16,007 bases of DNA from Chlamydiota bacterium. GTDB taxonomy: Bacteria; Chlamydiota; Chlamydiia; Chlamydiales; SM23-39. Location: positions 1-16,007 of the forward strand of contig JBCAXK010000035.1 in NCBI GenBank assembly GCA_038534095.1. The letters run 5' to 3'. The notes under the pieces are model-generated. The model saw only the letters and a list, made by a program, of their open reading frames with translations, was not told the DNA's origin and ran no database searches. The stretch's first letter is position 1. Every line of letters starts with the position of its first letter. Positions 1 through 7,138 of this stretch are shown here, piece by piece. Made by a program: the position numbers and the translations under genes.

Positions 1-104
1 ATAAAAAGATTACCTTGCAATATAAAAAATATAACAATTCCTAGAGTTATTATCTGTAAGATTCTTTTTTGATCTGAGTAAAAGAATTTCTTTTCGCCTG
101 CCAA
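1..104 (-). CDS. Possible 5' end of a membrane or exported protein running off the left edge
   Basis: TTG at 104 with AGAGGT about 10 nt upstream. The frame is open to the window edge and reads MAGEKKFFYSDQKRILQIITLGIVIFFILQGNLF (basic residues then a hydrophobic stretch). Only 34 codons are visible. Confidence 0.3.
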   Translation of the reverse strand, partial: MAGEKKFFYSDQKRILQIITLGIVIFFILQGNLF

Positions 105-199
105 GAGCTACGTTACCTCTATTCCATAATCGGTAAGAGATGGCCTCCCATAACGCAAAATCATAGAAAGGACTTTTACTCTAAAAGACACTTTTTACT

Positions 200-230
200 G
201 CGTAAAATAAAGAATTGTAAAATTTTACGC
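200..230. promoter_or_regulatory. Inverted repeat in a putatively divergent intergenic region; possible operator
   Basis: GCGTAAAAT(200-208)-N13-ATTTTACGC(222-230), with a nested perfect palindrome GTAAAATTTTAC (217-228). Confidence 0.3.
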
Positions 231-342
231 CAACTACAAAAGAGCAAAATGTCCTTTGCAATGATTCACGATCTCGTCAATACTTTACCTAGATCTAAGT
301 AGAAATACCCTATTGATGAAAAGTCTCCTGAAACTGTAGCCC

Positions 343-726
343 ATGAAAAAAAACGACGAAGTGCAAAAAGAACCAAAGAATGTTTTAGGCACGCGGCTTG
401 CGCCCTGTTGCCACTCCCCAAAGACTGGTTATTTCCGAGATGGCTATTGCCGCGCCGATGCTAGCGACCATGGCCGGCACGTTGTCTGCGCTAAGATGAC
501 TCGTACGTTTTTAGCTTTTACAAAAAAACGGGGCAATGATCTTTCTACTCCTCGGCCAGAATGGGGATTCCCAGGCTTAAAGCCGGGTGACTTTTGGTGT
601 CTATGCGCCTTTCGCTGGAAAGAAGCTTGGGAACATCAGGTAGCGCCCCCTGTGATTTTAGCAGCGTGCGCAGAATCTGCGTTACAAGTCGTCTCTTTAG
701 AGGCGCTTCGCAAGTACGCTATTTAA
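343..726 (+). CDS. DUF2237 family protein (Cys/His-rich)
   Basis: Family motifs NVLGxxLxPC..PxTGYFRDGYC, GxHVVCA, FLxFTKxRGNDLSTPRPEWGFPGLKPGDxWCLCAxRW, APPVxL; 127 aa. Confidence 0.9.
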   Translation: MKKNDEVQKEPKNVLGTRLAPCCHSPKTGYFRDGYCRADASDHGRHVVCAKMTRTFLAFTKKRGNDLSTPRPEWGFPGLKPGDFWCLCAFRWKEAWEHQVAPPVILAACAESALQVVSLEALRKYAI

Positions 727-740
727 GCTAGGCAAAGCGA

Positions 741-2195
741 ATGAAAGGGTGCGGTTTCCAGTTTGATACAACCTATATGGCTCTACCTAGTCAGCTATTT
801 ACCAAAGGCAGACCAGACCAAGCCCCCTCCCCTAAGATCGTTATGCTCAATAGCGCGCTTGCCACATCGATGGGCCTAACCTTTTCTCACCTGACCAAAA
901 AGGAACAGGCAGAACTCTTTTCTGGCAGCCGCCTTCCGAAAGGCGCAGAGCCTTTCTCTCAGGCGTACGCTGGACACCAGTTTGGATACTTCAACATTTT
1001 AGGCGATGGTCGCGCTCATGTTTGGGGAGAACATCTTGGACCAGACGGGGAAAGATACGATATCCAATCTAAGGGCTCTGGGCGCACCCCCTATTCAAGA
1101 GGTGGGGATGGTAAAGCAACGCTTGGTCCCATGCTACGTGAATACCTAATATCCGAAGCGATGCATCATTTAAAGATCCCAACGACGCGAAGCCTCGCTG
1201 TTGTCACAACAGGAGAGCCCATTCTCCGAGAAGAACTCCTCCCTGGAGCTCTACTGACCCGCGTGGCTAGCTCCCACCTGCGCGTTGGCACATTTTCCTT
1301 CGCAGCAAATAAGCTAGGTGAAAAAGTCGCAGAAAAGCTTATCGATTATACCATAGAGCGCCACTATCCTGCCTTGATCGGAAGCCGTAATAAAGCACTA
1401 GCGCTTCTTGAAATGGTCATGGACAAGCAGGCTGAGCTCATCACACATTGGATGCGCGTCGGATTTATCCATGGGGTCATGAATACCGATAACATGAGCC
1501 TTTCTGGGGAAACCCTCGATTACGGCCCCTGCGCTTTTATGGATACCTACGATCCTCATACCGTCTTTAGTTCCATTGATGATTTAGGCCGTTACGCCTA
1601 TGCTAACCAGCCAAAAATCGCTCAGTGGAATCTTGCGAGGCTCGCCGAAGCGCTTTTACCTTGGATTGACCATAACACCAGCCATGCTACCCATTTAGCG
1701 ACAGAAATCATCGAACAATTCCCAAAAATTTATCACAAAAAATGGCTAACCATGATGCGCTCTAAGCTCGGATTATTTGGAGAGCAAAAAAGCGATGAGC
1801 CTCTTATTGTGGACCTGCTCGACTGGCTAAACAACAATCACGCCGATTACACAAATACATTTTGGGATATCAGCCAAAAAGCTCAGCCAATAGGAGGGCT
1901 CTACGCAGGCAAAAGCTTTCAAGCGTGGTATCTTCGCTGGCAAGATAGACGCAAGCAAAATAGAAAGCCGCTTCAGAGCTCTATAGACCTGATGCAAAAA
2001 AACAATCCTGCTCTAATTCCCCGCAATCATCGGGTAGAGCAAGCTCTTCAGGCCGCTCATGCTGGGAGCTTTACCCCTTTTAAGCAACTATTAGCAGCGC
2101 TTGAAAAGCCCTATGAAGATCGGGCATTATTCCGAGCCTATCGAGCTCCACCCAGCCCTAGTGAGCGAGTATATCAGACGTTCTGTGGCACGTAA
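741..2195 (+). CDS. selO: Protein adenylyltransferase SelO (YdiU/UPF0061 family pseudokinase)
   Basis: Motifs AYAGHQFG..LGDGRA, KGSGRTPYSRGGDGKA, REYLISEAMHHLKIPTTRSL, GFIHGVMNTDN, DYGPCAF, IPRNH, and C-terminal TFCGT. Starts 14 nt after the DUF2237 stop. Confidence 0.95.
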   Translation: MKGCGFQFDTTYMALPSQLFTKGRPDQAPSPKIVMLNSALATSMGLTFSHLTKKEQAELFSGSRLPKGAEPFSQAYAGHQFGYFNILGDGRAHVWGEHLGPDGERYDIQSKGSGRTPYSRGGDGKATLGPMLREYLISEAMHHLKIPTTRSLAVVTTGEPILREELLPGALLTRVASSHLRVGTFSFAANKLGEKVAEKLIDYTIERHYPALIGSRNKALALLEMVMDKQAELITHWMRVGFIHGVMNTDNMSLSGETLDYGPCAFMDTYDPHTVFSSIDDLGRYAYANQPKIAQWNLARLAEALLPWIDHNTSHATHLATEIIEQFPKIYHKKWLTMMRSKLGLFGEQKSDEPLIVDLLDWLNNNHADYTNTFWDISQKAQPIGGLYAGKSFQAWYLRWQDRRKQNRKPLQSSIDLMQKNNPALIPRNHRVEQALQAAHAGSFTPFKQLLAALEKPYEDRALFRAYRAPPSPSERVYQTFCGT

Positions 2196-2301
2196 CGGGC
2201 AAGATCTAACCTTCAACAGATCTATTCCCTGTACTTATCACCTGAACGTTTTTATCTCGCGCCGCTACATAAGAAAGGAACGTTTCTATTTGTTTTGGTT
2301 A

Positions 2302-2835
2302 TCAGATTTCTTCGAATGATTTTTCTTGCTCATCTGCCGCGGAGTGATTGCCGCTTCCTTTTTGAAACATCACAGTTTGTGCGTGATGCATTTGTAGGCT
2401 TAGTAAAGTAGGGATATCAAAAAACAAGGTATTTCCTTGAACGGCGTCTTTGATGAAAAATTCCGCAAACGAAGGGTCTTCTTTAGCAAGGTCCATGCAG
2501 AATTCTTCTAAAGAGCGCTTATCTTCGGCGGGCTCTTTTTCTGAAGAATACACCTCTGTTTGAGCTAAGGGTTTACTTGGTTCGGAGGGCTTTTCCTGCT
2601 TTACCACAGGAACAAATTTCTGTTGCTGAATGTTTGAGGAAAAGCTTTGTTTTTGCGTAAAAAAATATGAGAAACAACGTAGAGCAAGTTCTGTAATGTA
2701 TTGGGCTAAAGAATCACTCGAGGCCACAATTTGACTTGCCGTTCTTTCCAAATACGATCTCTTAAATGAAGAAAAATAGTATTCGTTGTTTGATTGCACT
2801 GTGTGAGCTGTTCCACTGCATACTGTACTATTCAT
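2302..2835 (-). CDS. Hypothetical protein, Ser/Thr-rich N-terminus (candidate secreted effector)
   Basis: 177-aa ORF with SD AAAGGAG 8 nt before the ATG and a near-consensus promoter upstream. No recognisable domain. Confidence 0.75.
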   Translation of the reverse strand: MNSTVCSGTAHTVQSNNEYYFSSFKRSYLERTASQIVASSDSLAQYITELALRCFSYFFTQKQSFSSNIQQQKFVPVVKQEKPSEPSKPLAQTEVYSSEKEPAEDKRSLEEFCMDLAKEDPSFAEFFIKDAVQGNTLFFDIPTLLSLQMHHAQTVMFQKGSGNHSAADEQEKSFEEI

Positions 2836-2860
2836 AGAAATATCTCCTTTTTTAATAAAA

Positions 2861-2889
2861 ATTATACACTTTACTTTTATTGCTTACAA
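2861..2889 (-). promoter_or_regulatory. Sigma70/sigma66-type promoter for the 2302-2835 ORF
   Basis: Minus strand TTGTAA(2889-2884)-17 nt-TATAAT(2866-2861), with a very AT-rich upstream region. Confidence 0.75.
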
Positions 2890-3099
2890 TGAATTTTTTA
2901 TTAAATTATTTTTTAAAATAACATTAATAATCATGACTTCGTCTCAATATTATTTTTATTTGAATTTTTTATTTAATTTACTAATAGATTAAATAATAAT
3001 ATTCACACTAAAGTTAGTATTTTTTAAAAATTTTCTGACGATTTTTAAATAGTTAATTTAAAGGCTTTTTGAATCTCTTCTGTTGAATGGTAGGAGCGC

Positions 3100-3286
3100 T
3101 ATTACTATATTCTCGTCAAAAATCGTCTATTTTGGGATACCAGCAAACAAACGGCTTTCTTTAGTTCTACTTTTCGTTGAACAAAATAAACAGCTACCTC
3201 TTTTGCAAGCACTTCCCAGTCTATTAAGATAAGATAGAAGTAGGGGTAAAATTCCTTCAATCAAGAAGCTTTGAAAGCCTAGATTC
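3100..3286 (-). pseudogene. Degraded IS5-family transposase N-terminal remnant
   Basis: Stitching three minus frames gives ESRLSKLLD*RN / PLLLSYL / IDWEVLAKEVAVYF / CSTKSRTKESRLFAGI..TIFDE. This is collinear with the recalled IS5 N-terminal pattern SRLxxxxDxxHPLxxLxxxIDW...GRPxxxxRLxxGL...LSDE. Multiple frameshifts and stops. Confidence 0.5.
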
Positions 3287-3348
3287 TACCCTTCTACCTT
3301 GCTTTCTCAAGAAAGACTACCATCTATGTCGAGCCTTATACGATGTTC

Positions 3349-4344
3349 CTACATAAAAGCGCGATCGATGGTCCCCTCTGGTAGAAAATTCGTTTGCATA
3401 TAGCGAAAGGATTGCAACCGATCTTCCTTACTTGTATCTGAAAGAAAAATTTGCTCACAATATACGCCAATATCTTCAAGAATCCGTTCCAAACGGTAAT
3501 AACAGAGCAACTCTTGCTGCGTCTCCACTTCACCATACCCTTGATAAAAAAAGGCTTTTTCTTGTGTCAGGCTCAAACCTGTATCCCAAATCCCTGCTCC
3601 AATGAACATCAAATCCCGCTCTTTTGGCGCTAAAATGAGCGTATCCCAGTCGATCAGATAGAGCTGATGATCTCCGTCAATAAGGAGGTTCCACCCATGA
3701 ATGTCCCCATGACACATCACGTAGTCAAAAGACGATTTTTCCAGTGTGGATCGCAGCTTTTTCACATGTTGTATCAAATAGAAAAGGCGCGCACTTTTTG
3801 TTCGCAAAAATTGCGCTGCTTGCATGGAGATTGGATCAGCGTATTCTTTTTTTGCAACCTGCTCAAGAAATGTGGCTACCTTACTTGCCCACTTCGATGA
3901 AAATGTCTCGACAGGCAAGGCCGTTTTGATCTGTTTAGGAGGCTCCGTCATGTGTAGTTTTTTGATTAGCTGTCCAAATTCCACCCATTGCTTCTTGGAT
4001 AATGTTGTCTCTACAGCCTGAAGCCCATCAATATATTGGTATAAAGCCAAAGTAAACCCATGACATGTTGTACAATACTCTCCTGTTTTTGTTGTGATCG
4101 GTGGAAGGATGTTGTCCAATCTAAGGTGATTGAGGTAGCTTGGCACAGCGACGCTTGATGAACAAAATTTGCCTCGCCTAACTTTGAGAAAATACTCGGT
4201 TCGATCGATGGCAATTACGCGGTAAACCGCCGTATGCATATCTGCTCCTATAGGGAGAAAAAGCGCCTGATCAACCGTTATTTCATAAACATCTAACAAG
4301 CATTGCGCAATCTTTTGCTGATCGAGCTTAGGTTTTGTCAACAT
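3349..4344 (-). CDS. Aminoglycoside/aminocyclitol phosphotransferase, APH(9)-Ia (spectinomycin phosphotransferase)-like
   Basis: Catalytic CHGDIHGWNLL and YLIDWD, plus LAPKERDLMFIG, FYQGYGE, YYRLERILEDIGVY and N-terminal GAD...YFLK, as recalled for Legionella APH(9)-Ia. Start moved from TTG 4428 to ATG 4344 (MLTKPKLD, 331 aa), where family similarity begins. Confidence 0.85.
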   Translation of the reverse strand: MLTKPKLDQQKIAQCLLDVYEITVDQALFLPIGADMHTAVYRVIAIDRTEYFLKVRRGKFCSSSVAVPSYLNHLRLDNILPPITTKTGEYCTTCHGFTLALYQYIDGLQAVETTLSKKQWVEFGQLIKKLHMTEPPKQIKTALPVETFSSKWASKVATFLEQVAKKEYADPISMQAAQFLRTKSARLFYLIQHVKKLRSTLEKSSFDYVMCHGDIHGWNLLIDGDHQLYLIDWDTLILAPKERDLMFIGAGIWDTGLSLTQEKAFFYQGYGEVETQQELLCYYRLERILEDIGVYCEQIFLSDTSKEDRLQSFRYMQTNFLPEGTIDRAFM

Positions 4345-4866
4345 GATCTTTCTCAGGTTCCTGTAAGGTTCTTGATCGATCGTTAAAACGTATTTGTTTG
4401 TGCATTTATAGGCAAACGTCAACTGCAACGCCCATGTAGCGCGAATGATTTTTTGTTTCTCTCTAAGGAATTGGATTTCCTTACATTCTTTGAACGCGCT
4501 AGCCGAAGGGAGGATCTCTTTTCATGCTCAACTCCCAAATCGGGTTGATTGTAAAAAGGATCTGCTCACTCTATAACGATCAATACATAATCAGGGCTAC
4601 TATCATATCCAGAAAATTTCTATTTGAATTCACTAGGAAAATCATTCAACAAGCAAAAAAGCGTTTGCAACTCGATGTAAATCAAAAAACTCTTCTAAAC
4701 AATCGGACGTAAGTCACAAAGCATGAAAAACATTTGCGCAAATCTACGTTTTTTATAGCGTATTTTAGAGATCTCCCTTTTTACCCGTCTTCCCCCTTGG
4801 GAAAGCGCTCAATGAAGAGATAAGGATCTAAACAAGACTCGCCCTCTATACTCCATTCCTATCTAA

Positions 4867-4930
4867 TGTAGATCCAAGTCTCAAATCAAGAAAATACAGC
4901 TGAACCAGTAAATATAACGAATTATTGGAT
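4867..4930 (+). repeat. Direct repeat copy 1: diverged duplicate of the Fic gene 3' end
   Basis: Ungapped match of 56/64 nt to 8154-8217. Translates VDPSLKSRKYS*TSKYNELLD versus Fic VDPSLKSRKYSLAGKYKELLD. Confidence 0.92.
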
Positions 4931-4949
4931 ACGGCAGGTAACGCGTAGC

Positions 4950-5196
4950 ATGATCGAACAAACAAACTCACTTATCCAGGATAGCTCACCATTCTTTCCA
5001 TGAAATTGCTGAAAAAATGGTTGCATTTCAGGAGGAGTGTAATAATTACTCTCTTGAAGATACGCCTTGGTCGCTCGTTCTCGGTCGCTAAAAAATGCTC
5101 CTGGACCTTGAAAACAACCGTTGTCTCATGAAAAGCCCCTCTTACTCTGATCCAAAAGAGATTAGCGCCATCCATCACTGTACTGAAATACCCTGA
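4950..5196 (+). pseudogene. Possible broken ORF immediately after the Fic-tail remnant
   Basis: ATG at 4950, 1 nt after the remnant's TAG (4946-4948). One frameshift near 4995 and one internal TAA give MIEQTNSLIQDSSPF/FHEIAEKMVAFQEECNNYSLEDTPWSLVLGR*KMLLDLENNRCLMKSP... No family recognised. Confidence 0.25.
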
Positions 5197-5228
5197 AAAA
5201 TGACCTTCTTATTGTCTACAAAAATGCG

Positions 5229-5273
5229 TTTTGAGCAAATAATCTTTGCTTAAAAGAAATCTCATTCTATCAT
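5229..5273 (+). promoter_or_regulatory. Putative promoter of the ATPase gene with an overlapping inverted repeat
   Basis: TTGCTT(5246-5251)-16 nt-TATCAT(5268-5273). The inverted repeat TTTTGAGCAAA-N5-TTTGCTTAAAA (5229-5255, one mismatch) covers the -35 element. Confidence 0.4.
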
Positions 5274-5299
5274 TATTAGTAAATAGAGCATAAACTATT

Positions 5300-6748
5300 A
5301 TGAAAAATACACACGCATTTGTTGGCCGAAAAAATGAGTTAGATCGCTTAAAAACTCTTCATAAGAAAAAAACACCGAACTTAGTTGTCGTTAAAGGCCG
5401 GCGAAGAGTCGGGAAAAGTCGTTTAATCCATTTCTTTGCGGAAAAGTGCTCAAAAACTGCTCTCTGGGATTTTACAGGCCTGCCCCCAGAAAAAGGCATA
5501 GACGACCAAACCCAACGTGATCATTTTGCACGCCAACTTGCAACGCATCTGAAATTACCACCTTTTACGTTCCAAAATTGGACGGATGCGTTTGAGCATT
5601 TAAGTAGGTATATTCAATCGGGCGATATCCTCTTATTTGATGAAATTTCATGGATGGGCTATCAAGATCCAACGTTTATTCCGAAGCTCAAAGTTTGGTG
5701 GGATCAGCAAAAGCTCCCTATTATGACTGTTTTCTGCGGCTCGGTATCAACATGGATTGAAGAAAATATATTAAAAAGCACCGCGTTTTTTGGGCGAATT
5801 AATCTCACGATTACTTTAGAACCGCTTCCAATAAGCGATGCGAATCAATTACTGCGTCAATCTGGTTTTCAAGGATCTGATTACGATACATACAAATTAC
5901 TCAGCATCCTGGGCGGCGTTCCTTGGTACCTAGAGCAAATTACACCAGGCCAAACAACCGATGATTGCATTAAGCAATTGTGCTTTGAAAAAGATAGCCT
6001 GCTTGTTTTAGAATTCGACCGGATTTTTCATGACTTGTTTCATGGTAAAGGCACTTCTTATAAAAAAATCCTTAACAGTCTCAAAAATGGGATGAAAACA
6101 CTTGCGAAGGTACGCACAATCACAGGATTTCCTAAGAGCGGTACTTTAAGTAGTTTGATGGAACATTTGATGATTGCTGGTTTTGTATCAAAACACACTC
6201 TTTGGTCATTTAAAACGAATAAACCACTCAAACAGAGCCTGTATCGCATTTCTGATCCCTACATGCGTTTCTATTTAAAACTCATAGAGCCTAACCTCAA
6301 TAAAATCAATCTCCATGGTTTTCAAAATACCACCATAACAAGCATGCCTGGGTTTGAAGCGCACATTGGTCTGCAGATAGAACAGTTGCTTTTGCAAAAT
6401 AGCACTGTGTTACTAAAAAAAATCGGTATTCATCCAGAGGATATTATTGCTAGTGGCCCATTTAAGCAGTCCAAATCCGCTACTAGGCGGGGATGCCAAA
6501 TTGACTTTTTAATTCAAACAACAACCAAAAATCTATTTATCTGTGAATTTAAATTTAAACGCCGAGAGTTGGGAGTAGATGTTCTATCTGAGGTTCAAGA
6601 TAAAGTAACAGCATTAAAAGTGCCGAGAGGATTTGCTGTTATTCCAGTGCTATTCCACATTGGCGGCGTATCTAGCAATGTCGCAACGAGCGATTATTTT
6701 TACAGAATCATCGATATCTCTGACTTTTTAAAGAAGCAAGATCAATAA
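5300..6748 (+). CDS. ATP-binding protein ('archaeal ATPase' type) with central wHTH-like region and C-terminal PD-(D/E)XK-like nuclease domain
   Basis: N-terminal FVGRxxEL, Walker A GRRRVGKS, Walker B LLFDEISW, then CGS, GGVPWYL, YRISDPYMRFY, and C-terminal QIDFLI...LFICEFKF (D..ExK). 482 aa, intact. Confidence 0.9.
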   Translation: MKNTHAFVGRKNELDRLKTLHKKKTPNLVVVKGRRRVGKSRLIHFFAEKCSKTALWDFTGLPPEKGIDDQTQRDHFARQLATHLKLPPFTFQNWTDAFEHLSRYIQSGDILLFDEISWMGYQDPTFIPKLKVWWDQQKLPIMTVFCGSVSTWIEENILKSTAFFGRINLTITLEPLPISDANQLLRQSGFQGSDYDTYKLLSILGGVPWYLEQITPGQTTDDCIKQLCFEKDSLLVLEFDRIFHDLFHGKGTSYKKILNSLKNGMKTLAKVRTITGFPKSGTLSSLMEHLMIAGFVSKHTLWSFKTNKPLKQSLYRISDPYMRFYLKLIEPNLNKINLHGFQNTTITSMPGFEAHIGLQIEQLLLQNSTVLLKKIGIHPEDIIASGPFKQSKSATRRGCQIDFLIQTTTKNLFICEFKFKRRELGVDVLSEVQDKVTALKVPRGFAVIPVLFHIGGVSSNVATSDYFYRIIDISDFLKKQDQ

Positions 6749-6785
6749 CGTATGAATTACCAAGTATTCGTACGACACAAATCAG

Positions 6786-6856
6786 GGCGCTCCCATGGAA
6801 TATTTGTCCCATAAATCCTCCTTGGTTGGTAAGTGGGCATAGTATACACCACCACA
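6786..6856 (-). mobile_element. IS481-family left end and first codons of the transposase (remnant)
   Basis: Minus strand starts TGTGGTGGTGTATACTATGCCCACTT (IS481 ends typically begin TGT), then AAGGAGG-ATTT-ATG(6812) encoding MGQIFHGSA. This matches the recalled IS481-family start MGQxLHGSA(R/T)TT. Similarity stops after 9 codons. Confidence 0.6.
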
Positions 6857-6891
6857 CTCCGGGACCAAACATCTTAGATATAGCGCTCTCG

Positions 6892-6932
6892 AAACAGGTG
6901 GGAGATATGAAATTCAATCCCACTTGGTTTTA
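6892..6932 (+). terminator. Possible hairpin/terminator between the ATPase and Fic genes
   Basis: AGGTGGGA...TCCCACTT stem with inner TGAAATTCA, followed by GGTTTT. Imperfect, with a short T tract. Confidence 0.25.
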
Positions 6933-7008
6933 AGCATATTACACTGTTGGGAACAAAAAATCTACCCCTAAATTCATCTATACGACCAAGTTTTTGAGTG
7001 CAGCATTT

Positions 7009-7138
7009 CCGATAATAAGGTGGGCGTTAAACGCCTTAGCTGCAATTTATCGACATCTTATACTTGACTTAATCGCATATTATCGGCATAAGAACAAGTA
7101 TATTCGAAGCTAATATCGGGCTTATATTATGCCGACAA
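7009..7138. promoter_or_regulatory. Repeated TATCG(G/A) motif array upstream of Fic; putative operator
   Basis: TATCGACAT(7048), TATCGGCAT(7081) and TATCGGGCT(7114) are spaced exactly 33 bp apart. Inverted pairs: CCGATAATA(7009-7017)/TATTATCGG(7078-7086) and TCGGCATAA(7083-7091)/TTATGCCGA(7127-7135, over the ATG). TTGACT at 7064. Confidence 0.4.

Noticed and set aside
2101..2319. 72-aa ORF spanning the selO end and intergenic region
   Set aside because: Overlaps two better-supported genes, has no SD and no recognisable motif.
2836..3070. AT-rich block as a replication origin
   Set aside because: No cluster of TTATNCACA DnaA boxes and no typical oriC neighbours; the promoter context explains it better.
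3336..4214. Several short ORFs overlapping the APH gene
   Set aside because: Shadow frames of a well-supported CDS.
4345..4428. TTG start at 4428 for the APH gene
   Set aside because: Family similarity starts at ATG 4344, and the extra 28 aa have no support.
4524..4712. 62-aa plus-strand ORF
   Set aside because: No SD or motif; lies in degraded island sequence and cannot be supported as a gene.
4972..5178. 68-aa minus-strand ORF
   Set aside because: No recognisable family; it is antisense to an equally weak plus-strand broken frame.
6768..6785. Plus-strand CGTACGACACAAATCAG (RTTQI) as a micro-inversion continuing MGQIFHGSA-RTT
   Set aside because: Only 17 nt and includes the palindrome CGTACG; cannot be separated from chance without the intact IS sequence.
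6708..6923. 71-aa minus-strand ORF as a real gene
   Set aside because: A chimera of flanking sequence and the nine-codon IS481 transposase start.
7048..7122. 33-bp periodic motif as a CRISPR array or iterons
   Set aside because: The repeated core is only 5-9 nt and degenerate, and there are no cas or rep genes.
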